Counted from the stretch's first letter, positions 49,973-60,849 are shown. The stretch is DNA of 64,000 nt from Bryobacterales bacterium (GCA_963422375.2 OY729428.2:2176001-2240000), one strand, 5' to 3'. Notes: generated by a model from the sequence alone, not told the origin. Numbers and translations: made by a program.

Positions 49973-51403
49973 TCAGGCGACCGACTGCATGGCGTCGCGC
50001 CCCAGTCGGCACTCGCTGTGAATCGCCGCGACGGCGGTCCGCAAGTCGTCCTGATGCACCACGATGGCTATCGTGAGTTCACTCGATCCCTGAGCGATCG
50101 CGATGATGTTCACGTTCTTGCGAGAAATCGCGGTAAAGAGCCGGCCGGCCAGCCCGGGGGTGCCGCGCATTCCCTCGCCGACCGCCGCGAGCAAGCCCAC
50201 GCTGCGGTCCACGCCGATGGGCCGCAGGTAGCCGTGGGCGAGTTCGATGGCCAGCTCCTCCCGCAGGCCGCGCAGCACCGCCCCGACCTCGTCGGCGCGG
50301 ACGAGCATGCAGAAGTTCTGGCGGAAGCTCGAGCGCGTGAGGAGCAGGACTTCGACCTTGGCGCGGGCCGCGGCCTGCAGTGCCCGGGCCATCAGCTGCG
50401 CGCCGGACAGGAAGGCGTTCGCCGCCTCGATCGAGACGAGCACGACGTCCGACAGGGACGTGACCGCGCGAACTCCCTCCTGGCCGGGCGGGTCGTGCGA
50501 GATGCGGGTCCCCGCTCGGTCCGGCCTGAAGCTGTTCTTGATGCGGACGGGGATGCCCATCTCGGCCAGCGGCGCCAAGGTGCGCGGATGCAGCACCCTG
50601 GCCCCGTTGTAGGCGAGCTCCGCCGCCTCGTTGTAGGTGGCCTCCGCCAGCAGGCGCGCGTCGCGGGCCGTGGATGGGTCGCAGCTGAGGATGCCGTCGA
50701 CATCCGTCCAGATCCACAGTTCGTGCGCCCTGAGGGCGGCCGCGACGATGGCCGCGGAAAAATCCGAGCCCCCGCGGCCCAAGGTGGTAGGAACGCCGTC
50801 CCTTGTCGATCCGTTGTAGCCAGTGACAACCGGGACCGCGCCCCGGTCCAGAATCGGGCCCAGGACATCTGCGGCTCTGCGCTCGGTGGCTGCCAAGTCG
50901 GGGCTGGCCGCGCCGAACGCCGCGTCCGTCACGATCACGCACGCGCCCGAGACAGCCACGGACGGCACCCCGGCCGCGATCAGCACCTCGCTGAGAAGGA
51001 GAGCCGACAGGCGCTCGCCGACGGGGGCGGCTTCGTCCACCGAGCGCGGAGGGCGCTCCCTCAGCAGCAGCATCCCCCGCGCGATCCGCTCGAAGTCCCC
51101 GAGAATCTCCCGGATGCGCTCGAGAACTGCGAAGCGCCGCTCCGACGGAAGCAGCGCCTCGCACGCGCCGACGTGCAGGGTCCTGACGTGACTCAGGCGG
51201 CCCTCGACTTCAGCGGAATCTCCCCGCGCGCCGGCGTCCAGGGTAGCCAGCAGCTCGTTGGTCACTTGCGACATGGCCGACACGACGACGGCGACAGGGC
51301 GGCCTCGCGCCTGCGCCGCGACCAGCCCGGCCGCCCTGGTGATCGCATCCGGCGAACCGACGCTGGTGCCGCCGAACTTCATGACTAGGGCGGAATCGGG
51401 CAT
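49973..51403 (-). CDS. lysC: Aspartate kinase with two ACT domains
   Basis: VMKFGGTSVG, VVVSAM, GERLS, TTLGRGGSDFSA, IWTDVDG, GARVLHP, VGEGMRGTPG, AIAQGSSE. Confidence 0.92.
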   Translation of the reverse strand: MPDSALVMKFGGTSVGSPDAITRAAGLVAAQARGRPVAVVVSAMSQVTNELLATLDAGARGDSAEVEGRLSHVRTLHVGACEALLPSERRFAVLERIREILGDFERIARGMLLLRERPPRSVDEAAPVGERLSALLLSEVLIAAGVPSVAVSGACVIVTDAAFGAASPDLAATERRAADVLGPILDRGAVPVVTGYNGSTRDGVPTTLGRGGSDFSAAIVAAALRAHELWIWTDVDGILSCDPSTARDARLLAEATYNEAAELAYNGARVLHPRTLAPLAEMGIPVRIKNSFRPDRAGTRISHDPPGQEGVRAVTSLSDVVLVSIEAANAFLSGAQLMARALQAAARAKVEVLLLTRSSFRQNFCMLVRADEVGAVLRGLREELAIELAHGYLRPIGVDRSVGLLAAVGEGMRGTPGLAGRLFTAISRKNVNIIAIAQGSSELTIAIVVHQDDLRTAVAAIHSECRLGRDAMQSVA

Positions 51404-51487
51404 GGCTGGCGTTTCGCGGGCGGTCGCGATGGGGAAGCCAGACGCACCGGACCGCCCAGCGGCGCACTTCCTCGGGCCGCGGCGCGC

Positions 51488-52099
51488 CTAGCCCGGGCCG
51501 TCCGGCACGTGGCGCGCCAGGTGGACCCCAAACTTCTTGAGCTCGTCCTCGTAGTAGGACCGCTGCAGCACCTGCCACTCCTCGCTGCCTTCCGCGATGT
51601 CGCGCTTCTGCGAGGCGATCTTCTGCCTGGCCAGCCTCTCGCACCTCTGTTCCAGCGTGAGGATATCGGTCAGATGGCGTTGGATTTCCAGCCTCGTGTC
51701 GTTCCAGCCCCCGTTCAGCCGGGTGCCGGGGATACGGGGCAGCTTCGAGGCCATCTTGTGCGAGATCTCGAGCACCTTGTCCCGGGACAGCTTCATCGGG
51801 CGGCCGCCGCGGCTGTCCGCGGCCGCCGACACGACCTTGCGCTCGGCGAGAATCTTGCGCTTGACCTTGGTGAACATGTCGAAGTACGAGATGTCCTGGT
51901 GGCGCATGTACTCGCTGTACTGCGACAGCAGCGCGCGCGCCTCGGCGTTGATTTCGTCCTCCAAGCTCAGCTCGTCCAGCACGATGGCCTCGAAGTCCTT
52001 CGCGACTCGCTCAGGGTGCTTGATCAAGCAGGCCTGTTTGGCGAGGCGCTTGGTGACCTCCTTGGCCAGGAATTCGACGAACGGCGCGGGAATCAGCAT
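51488..52099 (-). CDS. Tandem DUF507 family protein
   Basis: First half EDEINAEAR.LL...SY.DMF.KVKRK; second half starting MKLSRDKV ...ARQKIASQKRDIAEGSEEW. Confidence 0.75.
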   Translation of the reverse strand: MLIPAPFVEFLAKEVTKRLAKQACLIKHPERVAKDFEAIVLDELSLEDEINAEARALLSQYSEYMRHQDISYFDMFTKVKRKILAERKVVSAAADSRGGRPMKLSRDKVLEISHKMASKLPRIPGTRLNGGWNDTRLEIQRHLTDILTLEQRCERLARQKIASQKRDIAEGSEEWQVLQRSYYEDELKKFGVHLARHVPDGPG

Positions 52100-52259
52100 C
52101 CCTGTCCTAGTCTAGCCATTGCGCGGCTCGGGTGTCCACGCCCCGTCAGGCGCACGAGGGCGAACGCCTCGGCAGCGAGGGCACCGCCCCGAATCCGCCG
52201 CGCCGGGCGGAACCATGCAGCTCCCGGGACGGCGCGGTCCGCTCGACTACAGTCGGATT

Positions 52260-52916
52260 ATGGCGAAGATCACGGCCCTGACGCAGGACCTGTGCCGCTA
52301 CATGCTGCGGAATTGCACGCCGGAGGACTCGGTTCTCGCGGACCTGAGGCGCGCAACTCGCGAGAGAGTCCCGGATTACGCGGGGATGATGGTCTCCAAG
52401 GAGCAGGGCGCGATGCTGCGCCTGCTCGTGAGCTGCCTGGCTCCGACGCTGGCAATCGAGGTCGGGACGTTCACGGGCTACAGTTCCGCCTGTATAGCGT
52501 CCGCTCTGCCCGAGGGCAGCACGCTACTCTGCTGCGACTTGAACGAGGAGTGGACCTCCATCGGAAAGCCCTTCTGGGAGCTCTGCGGCGTGGCGGATCG
52601 CATCGACCTGCGAATCGGCTCGGCTCTCGGGACATTGCGAGCACTACCGGCGGGCACGGTCGCCGACTTCGCCTTCGTCGATGCCGACAAGGACAACTAC
52701 GTGGCCTACTACGAAGAGCTTCTGCCCAGAATGCGCCGGAACGCCCTGCTAGCCTTCGACAACGTCCTGTGGCACAACTGGGCCATGGACGCGGCCAACC
52801 AAGACCCGGAGACGGTCGGGATCCGCGAGTTCAACGATCACGTCCTGCGCGACGAGCGCGTCGAGAGCGTCATGATCCACATCGGCGACGGGATGACCTT
52901 GGTCCGGAAGCGCTGA
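52260..52916 (+). CDS. O-methyltransferase (caffeoyl-CoA/COMT-like, cation-dependent)
   Basis: IEVGTFTGYS, FAFVDADKDNY, FDNVLW, IGDGMTL; start ATG 52260. Confidence 0.92.
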   Translation: MAKITALTQDLCRYMLRNCTPEDSVLADLRRATRERVPDYAGMMVSKEQGAMLRLLVSCLAPTLAIEVGTFTGYSSACIASALPEGSTLLCCDLNEEWTSIGKPFWELCGVADRIDLRIGSALGTLRALPAGTVADFAFVDADKDNYVAYYEELLPRMRRNALLAFDNVLWHNWAMDAANQDPETVGIREFNDHVLRDERVESVMIHIGDGMTLVRKR

Positions 52917-53305
52917 TGCGACGGCCCGGCCGGAGGAGGCCGGGCCCCCGACCCAGCGAAGCGCTCACGGGGCGGCGACCCGGCTCGCTTGGAGTCGAAG
53001 AGCCGCCCTAGGTCGTAGGCAAGCCCTCAGGACAGCCCGCGGCACCAAGCGCACGGACTGAGACGCGCCGCGATGCAGCGACAGCCTCGGACCCGGAGAC
53101 CCGCTACGGTCGGGGACCTGCGACGCACCGCGGGGTCGGCGGCGTTCCGCGCAGAGGCCCCGCCGCACCCGGAGATTCCAGCCAACCCGCCTCGACCAGA
53201 CTGCAATTATTGAACCGCAACACCTTGCAGTCAGGGAACTTGCGATGCGACTCCAAAAGCACGGGCCCGGGCGAGGCGCTCGCAGAGGCTCCGTCCGCCG
53301 AGCGC

Positions 53306-54529
53306 TCAGCCGATAGGCAGCAGGCTCGCCCTCACCCGGTCTTCGGCCACGCGGATGCCGAGCCCGGGGGCTTCTGGCACCATCACGCTGACTCCGTCCA
53401 TCTGGATGTCGTCTGTCAGCAGGTCCGCCAAGAACTGCGGACCATTCAGTTCCGGAGGAAGGAGCAGGTCGAGCGTCGAGTAAAGGTGAACCGCCGCCAT
53501 GAGGCTCACGCCGCCGTCGGTGAGCCCGCTCCCGAGCAGCCCAAGGCCGTGCGCTTCCGATACCACCGCGCTCTTTGCGCAATTGGTCACGCCTCCGCTC
53601 TTCGGCACCTTCAGCACGACGAGGTCCGCCGCCCTCATCTCGGCCGCCCGGGCCACGTCGAACGACGAGAAGCACCCCTCGTCAATCGCCACGGGATAGG
53701 GGCTCTTCTCGCGAGCCCTGCGGAGGCCCATCCAGTCCTCGCTGCGAACGGGCTGCTCGAAGCAGCGCACGCCATCGAAATCACGGAGCGCATCGAGGAA
53801 GCGTTCGAGCTGGATGGGCTGGTACGACTGGTTCGCGTCCAGCCAGATATCAATGTCCGGCCGGGCCAGCGAGATGGCCTCCAGCCGCTTGACGTCCTCG
53901 AGGGCGTCCCCGGCCACCTTGACCTTGAAGCAGCGACAGGCCGGCCATCGCCTGACCTCCTCCGCCATCGCGCCGGGAGTGTCGATACTCACGGCGTAGC
54001 AGAGTTCGACGGTCTCGCGAAGCTTGCCGCCCAAGAGCCGGTGCAGGGGCACGCCCGCGACCTGGCCGGCCAAGTCCAGCAGGGCGATCTCCAAGGCGCT
54101 CTTGGCGAAGGGTGCTCCGTTGCTCACGGCCGGCCGGATCGTCGCATCCATCTCCCGCTTCAAGGCGTTCCATTCGAACGGAGTGCGACCGACCGCCAAG
54201 GGGACGAGGTAGTTGCGCAGGGTGCCGACTACTGCCTCGATCGTCTCGTAGGACCACGCTGGGATCGTGGTGGTCATGCCCCAGCCGACATGGCCGTCCT
54301 GTGTCTGCGCCCGGACCATGACGTAATTGCCCGGCTTCCCCGCGCCCCCGACAGTCCCGACGCCGATCTTGAACGTGGTGCGGAACGGAATCGCGATCGG
54401 GAGGACCTCCACCTCGCGGATGCGGGAGCCCGGCATGGGCGTTTCTGCGGCGGCCAACGCGGCCCCGGCAGCCAGACCGGCGCTGCCAGTCGCGAGGGAG
54501 CGAGCGAATTGTCGACGATTGGCTGTCAC
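53306..54529 (-). CDS. Enolase-superfamily enzyme (muconate cycloisomerase/dipeptide epimerase subgroup) with Tat-like signal
   Basis: NRRQF..SLA signal; AKSALEIALLDLAG, KxK motif (FKVKV), DANQ, FEQP, AIDEG, LKVPKSGG. Confidence 0.85.
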   Translation of the reverse strand: MTANRRQFARSLATGSAGLAAGAALAAAETPMPGSRIREVEVLPIAIPFRTTFKIGVGTVGGAGKPGNYVMVRAQTQDGHVGWGMTTTIPAWSYETIEAVVGTLRNYLVPLAVGRTPFEWNALKREMDATIRPAVSNGAPFAKSALEIALLDLAGQVAGVPLHRLLGGKLRETVELCYAVSIDTPGAMAEEVRRWPACRCFKVKVAGDALEDVKRLEAISLARPDIDIWLDANQSYQPIQLERFLDALRDFDGVRCFEQPVRSEDWMGLRRAREKSPYPVAIDEGCFSSFDVARAAEMRAADLVVLKVPKSGGVTNCAKSAVVSEAHGLGLLGSGLTDGGVSLMAAVHLYSTLDLLLPPELNGPQFLADLLTDDIQMDGVSVMVPEAPGLGIRVAEDRVRASLLPIG

Positions 54530-54766
54530 GAACGGGTCCCGTTCCGGCGCACGTGGCCCGGCAGCGGCCTCCAACGTCATTCTACAGGGAGGCGCAGGCG
54601 GTCGGGCGTGCGAGAGGCGAACGCGCCCACGAAGCGCAGCGTCAGCAAGGAAGCGATGCCCTAGCTGCCGTTTGGGTCAGGGCGAATCGGGAACGCGTCG
54701 CCGAATTCCCCGAGAGCCACCCGGCGACTCGCCCCGGACGCTCTCTCGCGCCCCGGACGCGCGGTG

Positions 54767-55600
54767 TCAGAACTCGCTGGCGCGGGTGATCGTCCAGCCG
54801 TCCTTGGTGATGCGCAAGTGGCGAACCTGGCCCGCCTCGCCTAGCGCCTCCTGCACCCGACCGTCCAGTTCGAACACGATGCCGCCGGCATTCCCCACTG
54901 TCGCTTGCACTAGGGAGTCCGCTCGGAACGCGAGCCGCTCGCCGGGCCTCAGCGTGGACTCCCGCTCAGTCGTTCCGTCCGCCAGCGTCCGTACCCAGCT
55001 CTGTCCCTTCGCTACGAACGCGACGCTGAACGAGGTGCCCGGCCCAGTGCTGGTGCCGGTAGCCGAATCGGCGGCCGCACCCGGGGACGGGGGAGGCACC
55101 GCCGGCGTCACGGGAGGCGTCGGCTCTACGGCCGCGGGCGAGTCCTGCACGGTCCCGGCCGACGCCTGGATCGGGTCCGACACCTGGTAGCTGCCCAACA
55201 GCCATGCCAAGCCGGCCGCGATCAATGCCGCAGCGAGCGCCACCGTGCCGAGGATTCCGGCGTTCTGTCGCACGCTGTCTCCAAGCCTCGACCGGGCCTT
55301 GCCGACCAAACTCTTGATCGGCTGGGACGTCGTTTGAGGCCGAGGAAGCGCCGGAACCGCCTCGGTCTGCGACAACTCGGCCCGAAGAGCGGCCAGCGTC
55401 TCTTCGGCATCCAAGCCGACAGCATTTGCATACTGCCGGACGAAACTCGAGAGAAAGAAGTCACCAGGCAATTGGTCGTACTCGCCGAACTCGATCAGCA
55501 TCAGCGCACTGGGGCGAATCTTCGTTACCTCCGCGACCTGCTCTATCGTCAGGTTGCTAGCGATTCTCGCCTGGCGCAGTGTCTCGCCCACCATGGTCAT
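54767..55600 (-). CDS. rodZ: RodZ-like protein (HTH, TM helix, DUF4115)
   Basis: VGETLRQAR...TKIR...IE.G....LPG.FF..SFVRQYA..VGLD, one TM helix, Pro-rich linker, SWVR...DG, VGNAGG. Confidence 0.85.
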   Translation of the reverse strand: MTMVGETLRQARIASNLTIEQVAEVTKIRPSALMLIEFGEYDQLPGDFFLSSFVRQYANAVGLDAEETLAALRAELSQTEAVPALPRPQTTSQPIKSLVGKARSRLGDSVRQNAGILGTVALAAALIAAGLAWLLGSYQVSDPIQASAGTVQDSPAAVEPTPPVTPAVPPPSPGAAADSATGTSTGPGTSFSVAFVAKGQSWVRTLADGTTERESTLRPGERLAFRADSLVQATVGNAGGIVFELDGRVQEALGEAGQVRHLRITKDGWTITRASEF

Positions 55601-57638
55601 ATGCACGCGAGCCAATCCTATTGTAAGAGATTTCGGAGGCTGAGCGCCAAAGTCAAGGAGAGTCACCGAATTGCCGGCCCTCAGTCCCGGGCGGCTCCGT
55701 CCCGACACCGTTGCGGCAACGTCGCCACGCAGACGCGGCCGTGACGACTCCGCTCTGCCGCGGCGCGGGCTCGATCGGGGAGGATTCCGACGAGACACCT
55801 CGCGGCGAGGACGACACCGGGGAATCCCCGCAGCTGAATGCCAACACGGTCCAGGCTCGCCCGGAGCCGCGGGCGTGCCCGGGCGAATGCACCGCGACAG
55901 CAAGACTCCGCAAGACGCCCCGGCACGTTGGCCACCGGCGGCTCGATTCCTGCCGCGGTTCCGCTCGGAAGGCGACGGCCGCCCGGGAGTCCGTCGCGCC
56001 CTCGCGAGGGCCCCTCGGCGACCATCTGGGACGCTGCATTCGGGGACGCGACATGGATTGCCGACGAGCGCATCTCCCCGGTTACCACCGGTATGCCTTC
56101 GGACTGCCCGAGACAGGGACGCACCGGGATTCGTCTCAGGGGAAGCAAGCCGCGGCAGCGCGGGGCCACCGCCGGGCGCCCCGATCGCCAAACTCCGCCA
56201 ATGTCTCAGACAAGAACGCACAAGTGCTTTGTATTGCGAGACTTGCGCTCGGAGTGCGGGACGCCCTTCTTAGGTTCAGGAAGAGCCTCACGGGCCTGAA
56301 CTCGGAAGACTCCCTCTGGGCTGCCTTTGCCGTGTCCCGCCCGCCGGGCCAGCGGGCGGGCCCGCAGAGATCATCCCCGCAACGTTCAAACGAGTGATCT
56401 CGCGTCCGCACGGTCACCCCCGCGGGGCAGCTGGTGGCCGCGGCAGCTGCCCCTAGCGAGCGCGGAATCATCTTGCGGAAGCGGAGGGGCACTCGCCCGG
56501 ATCATTGATGAACTTGGGTCAGTGGCGGGAATCCGGCCGCTGTGCCCTTCGGTGACTGCCAGATTGTCCTCCAAGACGGCTGCAGTCAGGGAACTCGGGT
56601 CTTCCGGGGGCTACGCGAGCGCCTTGCGGGCCGTGCTCTCTTGGGCCGCGGCCCCCCGCCCGCGGGACCGGCACGGCTTGCCACGGCGGCGTCCCGGACG
56701 GATCCCGGCGATCCCGGCCGACTCGGCGTCGTGTCGGCACAGCCTCCATGCCTCGCGCCAGCAGGCAACCCTTCGATCCAACAACGCGCGTACCTCGAGC
56801 GCCCCGCGCCGCAGGCCGTGCAACAGGGGCCGACCGAGAGCCGGTCCGAGGCCGGGAGCGAGGCGCGAGACACGGCCAAATAGGTGGCCGCGGCTTTGCT
56901 GGGCCGATCGCTCGAGTCGGACGACTCCTTCGGCCGAGGCTCGGGCCGGGGTCCACGGCTGCGGAAGCGAAGGCGAGCTCCGGTCCAAGCTGGCCACGCT
57001 CTGACGCGGTGCTGGAGAGCGTGCCTTCACTGCTCCGCCGCCGCGGACGGAGCAGTGCCGGAGTGGCTAGGTGGCGCGATCCCGGAGGCATCGGCGCTTC
57101 GCTTCCAGTTGCAGGGAATCGGCACGTCGGCCCCGGTGTCGTGTCACTGCCCCCGCCGATCTGAATGATGTCGGACCGCGGGAAGCAAGTCCAGTGTCGA
57201 TGGCCCCAGCACTGACGTCAAGAGCCCGCAGCTGGGTGCCCTCGCTGTTGCGACGGGCCCAGACCCTCGGGACCTGCGCCGTGTCATTCTCACGCCGGGT
57301 CGAGCGAAGTCTTCCGCCTGCCCTCGGGGACGTTGCCAAGTCCCAGGACGGGGGCTGCCGCCACGCTCGACCCTAGCGGCTGGCCAGCACCGGACGTCAA
57401 GGGGCCGTTCGCTTGGAATCTCGCCCAAGGCGGGAGTCGGGAAGCGGACAACACCCCGCAAGTCGGGAATCAAGTAACGTAAGGCTACCGACACCGCCTT
57501 CCGCCCCGCTTCGTCGATAGACGCCGACTAGGGACCGTTGGCTCTCCCGGCCGCACCATGACACACCATGACACCGTTGCGCCTAGGTCGTGGCGGGACC
57601 AGGGCCACCGACTGGCGGTGCCGAATGGGTGACGCTCA

Positions 57639-58652
57639 GTGACTGGGGCTTCGGCGCACGCCGAAAGCGTGGCTGACCGGGCACGGATGTGTCCGGCTTG
57701 CGACGACGAGTCGAGCGCCGCGGTCTTCACCGGATCCGACTGGATCCTGCGCACGACCGCCGAGCAATTCCGTATCGTCGAATGCTCGCGCTGCGGTCTG
57801 CTCCGGCTCGATCCCAATCATAGGGGCGGCCGGTCGCGGGGCCATGACGACCGGATTCCTCGCCAGAATCCGAGTCCGGGCCTGCGAGATGCCTGGACGG
57901 GCATCGCGCGACGCGCGCTCGCGATGTGGGAATTGCATTCTATCCGACCCAAGGCGCGCTACGCCGGACCTATGCTCTACGTCAGCGACCGAGACGCCGA
58001 ACACGTCAGGATCCTGCGCGGAAGGCGCATCAACGTCGTGTATACCGGGCTGGAATCTCTCTCGCAGCGGGAACCTGGTCGGATGCGGACAGAGCCGCAG
58101 GCCCTGTCCGTGCTCGCCGCCATGCGGCCCCGCGCGGGCGCTTACTCCACCATCATCGCGCTGGACGTATTGCAGAGAGCTAGCTCGCCGAGACCGCTCA
58201 TGGCAGCTTTGGGAGACGAGCTGGCCGACGGCGGGACATTGCTGCTTCGAGTGCCCAACGCCGACTGCTGGGCGGCGCTGATCCTGGGCCAGCGCTGGAA
58301 CGGTTTCGACATTCCCCGGCACAGGGTCATGTTCTGCCGCGAGACGCTCCAATCTCTGCTCGAGACGTGCGGCTTGAGGGCATTTCGGTGGAGAACCTTC
58401 TGGTCTGGTCACGACGCCAAGGGGCTCGCGACCAGCCTCTGGCCCGGCCTTGACCCGGCCGTGCGCCGCCAGCGCGGCCTCGTCGAGTCCAGGTTCACCG
58501 CGCTCCTGAAGAGCGCGCTCTATGCGATGCTAGTGCTCGTCGCGCTCCCGCTGATCCTGCTGGAGGCAGCGAGTGGTTCCGGTGCGACTCTAACGGTCGA
58601 AGCGACCCGCGCCGAGCCCGCTCCCCCGCCGGAGCAGCGCCGGGCGGACTAG
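57639..58652 (+). CDS. Class I SAM methyltransferase-like protein with N-terminal zinc ribbon; SAM motif degenerate
   Basis: CPAC...FRIVECSRCGL, GGTLLLRVPNA, W.GFDIPRH..F..ETL..LL...G; start may be ATG 57687. Confidence 0.7.
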   Translation: MTGASAHAESVADRARMCPACDDESSAAVFTGSDWILRTTAEQFRIVECSRCGLLRLDPNHRGGRSRGHDDRIPRQNPSPGLRDAWTGIARRALAMWELHSIRPKARYAGPMLYVSDRDAEHVRILRGRRINVVYTGLESLSQREPGRMRTEPQALSVLAAMRPRAGAYSTIIALDVLQRASSPRPLMAALGDELADGGTLLLRVPNADCWAALILGQRWNGFDIPRHRVMFCRETLQSLLETCGLRAFRWRTFWSGHDAKGLATSLWPGLDPAVRRQRGLVESRFTALLKSALYAMLVLVALPLILLEAASGSGATLTVEATRAEPAPPPEQRRAD

Positions 58653-58671
58653 GCCGCGTTCCGTACGTTCC

Positions 58672-59619
58672 ATGCCAGAGCCTAGGCGAACATGCCCGGC
58701 GCGGACGCACGTCGCGGGACGCCACGCCCGCATCGCATTCGCTACCGCGCTGGTCGCGGCTTGCGCCTGCGCCCAGCCCATCCCCACGGGCCAGCCGCCG
58801 GCCGATTACTTGCTTGCAGGCGACCGCGCCTTGGCTTGGACCCGCCAGTTCGTCGAGCTGGGCCCGCGGCCCGCCGGCTCGCCGGCGCTAGCGGCCCAGA
58901 CCGCGATGATCGCCGAGGCACTTCAGTCGTTACCGTGCCAAGTCGAGATCGACGAGTTCGTCGCTGCGACGCCCCTAGGGGCCGTGCCGATGCGGAACAT
59001 CGTCGCGCGGTTCGGGCCGACCGCACCGAACGAGGTCGTCATCGTCTCCGGCCATTACGACACGCTGCGCCAGGAAGGCTTCGTGGGCGCCAACGACGGC
59101 GGATCCTCCGCCGGCCTGCTGCTCGCGCTTGCCGAACGCTTGGCGGCGCAGCCGCCGCAGCCGGTGTGGGTGGTGTTCTTCGACGGCGAGGAGAGCCTTG
59201 TGGCGTGGCGCAACGGAGACCACACCTACGGCAGCCGCAGACTTGCAGGGAAGTGGGCGGCCGACGGAACGGCCGAGCGTGTGCGCGCCCTGATCAACGT
59301 CGACATGATCGGCGACAGGGACCTGCACTTGGTCTACGAAGGTAACTCAGACCCGGAACTCCGGGGCACTGTCTGGTCGCTCGCCGCGGGCTTGAGCTAC
59401 GCGGACGTCTTCAGCCATCGCATCGGATACATCGAGGACGATCACGTTCCGTTCCTGCGGATCGGCGTGCCCAGCCTGAATCTGATCGACTTCGACTACG
59501 GCCCGGGCAACTCGTACTGGCACACGGCTGACGACACGATGGACAAGCTCGACCGGCGCAGCTTCGCCACGGTGCTGCACGTGCTGGAGGCCGCCATCGA
59601 GCGCCTGCTCCCCCAGTGA
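58672..59619 (+). CDS. M28 family zinc peptidase / glutaminyl cyclase-like
   Basis: GPRPAGS, SGHYDT, GANDGGSS, FFDGEE, NVDMIGD, EDDHVPF, YWHT.DDT. Confidence 0.9.
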   Translation: MPEPRRTCPARTHVAGRHARIAFATALVAACACAQPIPTGQPPADYLLAGDRALAWTRQFVELGPRPAGSPALAAQTAMIAEALQSLPCQVEIDEFVAATPLGAVPMRNIVARFGPTAPNEVVIVSGHYDTLRQEGFVGANDGGSSAGLLLALAERLAAQPPQPVWVVFFDGEESLVAWRNGDHTYGSRRLAGKWAADGTAERVRALINVDMIGDRDLHLVYEGNSDPELRGTVWSLAAGLSYADVFSHRIGYIEDDHVPFLRIGVPSLNLIDFDYGPGNSYWHTADDTMDKLDRRSFATVLHVLEAAIERLLPQ

Positions 59620-59628
59620 TCCCGGCGC

Positions 59629-60828
59629 TCAGGCCTCGTAGCGCTCCCAATACGCCGGGTTCATCTCGTATCCGATTCCCGGGCGGTCCGGGACGGTCAG
59701 ATAGCCGTCGCGCAGGTCCTCGGCCGGGATGACGGCCTCGCTGCGCCAGGGCACTTCGCCGAACGCCAGCTCGAGGATGCCGAAGTTCGGCATCGTCGCG
59801 CATACGTGCACCGCTGCCATGTTCCCCACCGGGCTGGCGGGTCCGTGCGGAGAGCATCGCAGACCGGCCCCTTCCGCCATCGCGGCGATCTTCTTGAGCT
59901 CGTACATCCCGCCGCAGTACTTCACGTCCGGCATTACGGTGTCAACCGCGCCGGCCCGGATATACGGAAAGAACTCTCCAACGCCCCAGAGGCCCTCGCC
60001 GCCCGCCGTCCTGACATTGGATGCAGCGCGGAAGCGGGCGAGGCCGGCGACGGATTCGCACATCTCCTCCATCCAATACAGGTCCAAGCTCTTCAGTTCG
60101 CGGCCGACCGCGATCGCTCCGCGGGAATCGAACCGGCCGTGGCCGTCGATCAGCAGATCGCGTTCCGGGCCGATCGCCGCCCGCACGGCCCGGACGAAGC
60201 CGATCCCGCGCCGGACGCCGAGCCGACGCTTGTCAGGGTCCTGCTCGTTCCGGGCCAGGTGGTCGAACGGAGCCAGCTTCAGCGCGTCGAAGCCCGACTC
60301 GACTCCGCGCCGGGCGTTCGCGGCGAAGCCCTCCGAAGTCCGGTCCGCGCCGCGGGTCATGCGGTTGATGTTGGCGTAGTTGCGGATCTTGGCGCGCAGC
60401 TTGCCGCCGAACAGGGCGTGGCAGGGGAGACCGAGCGCCTTGCCCTGCAGGTCCCACATGCTCTGCTCCACGGCCGAGCAGGCTGAGACCGTGGCCCGGC
60501 GGGTCCGCGGCGCGGCCCGCGCGACCTCGGCCAGCGCCGCGCGGCGCAGGCGCTCGACGTCGAAGGGGCTTCGCCCCCGCACGGTCTCGAAGAGCCGACG
60601 CATGACCGCGGCCCCATGGCGCGGCAACGCCTCGTTGGCGGTGGCGTCGCCGAGACCTGCAAGCCCCTCCGACGTGCGCAGCTGGCACAGCACCCAAGCG
60701 CGCCGCCCTACCGTTGCCGAGTACACTTCGACGGTGTCGATCGCGGTTTCGGAGGCTGCCACCCGCCGCCCGGCCAGCGCCAACGCGGCCAGCGGAATCG
60801 AGCTGACCCAGTCGCGCCGTGTCATCAT
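59629..60828 (-). CDS. Mandelate racemase-subgroup acid-sugar dehydratase (galactonate dehydratase-like) with Tat-like signal
   Basis: MMTRRDW signal; SAVEQSMWDLQGK, LFGGK.R, K.APFD, IDGHGRF, WMEE, AGGE, MPDVKYCGG, SPHGP; alternative starts at 60834 and 60825. Confidence 0.85.
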   Translation of the reverse strand: MMTRRDWVSSIPLAALALAGRRVAASETAIDTVEVYSATVGRRAWVLCQLRTSEGLAGLGDATANEALPRHGAAVMRRLFETVRGRSPFDVERLRRAALAEVARAAPRTRRATVSACSAVEQSMWDLQGKALGLPCHALFGGKLRAKIRNYANINRMTRGADRTSEGFAANARRGVESGFDALKLAPFDHLARNEQDPDKRRLGVRRGIGFVRAVRAAIGPERDLLIDGHGRFDSRGAIAVGRELKSLDLYWMEEMCESVAGLARFRAASNVRTAGGEGLWGVGEFFPYIRAGAVDTVMPDVKYCGGMYELKKIAAMAEGAGLRCSPHGPASPVGNMAAVHVCATMPNFGILELAFGEVPWRSEAVIPAEDLRDGYLTVPDRPGIGYEMNPAYWERYEA

Positions 60829-60849
60829 GTTCATAGTCTAGAGACCGCG

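Noticed and set aside
56520..56600. Cobalamin-riboswitch-like GGGAATCCGG
   Set aside because: The following conserved elements and B12 box are absent, and there is no suitable downstream gene
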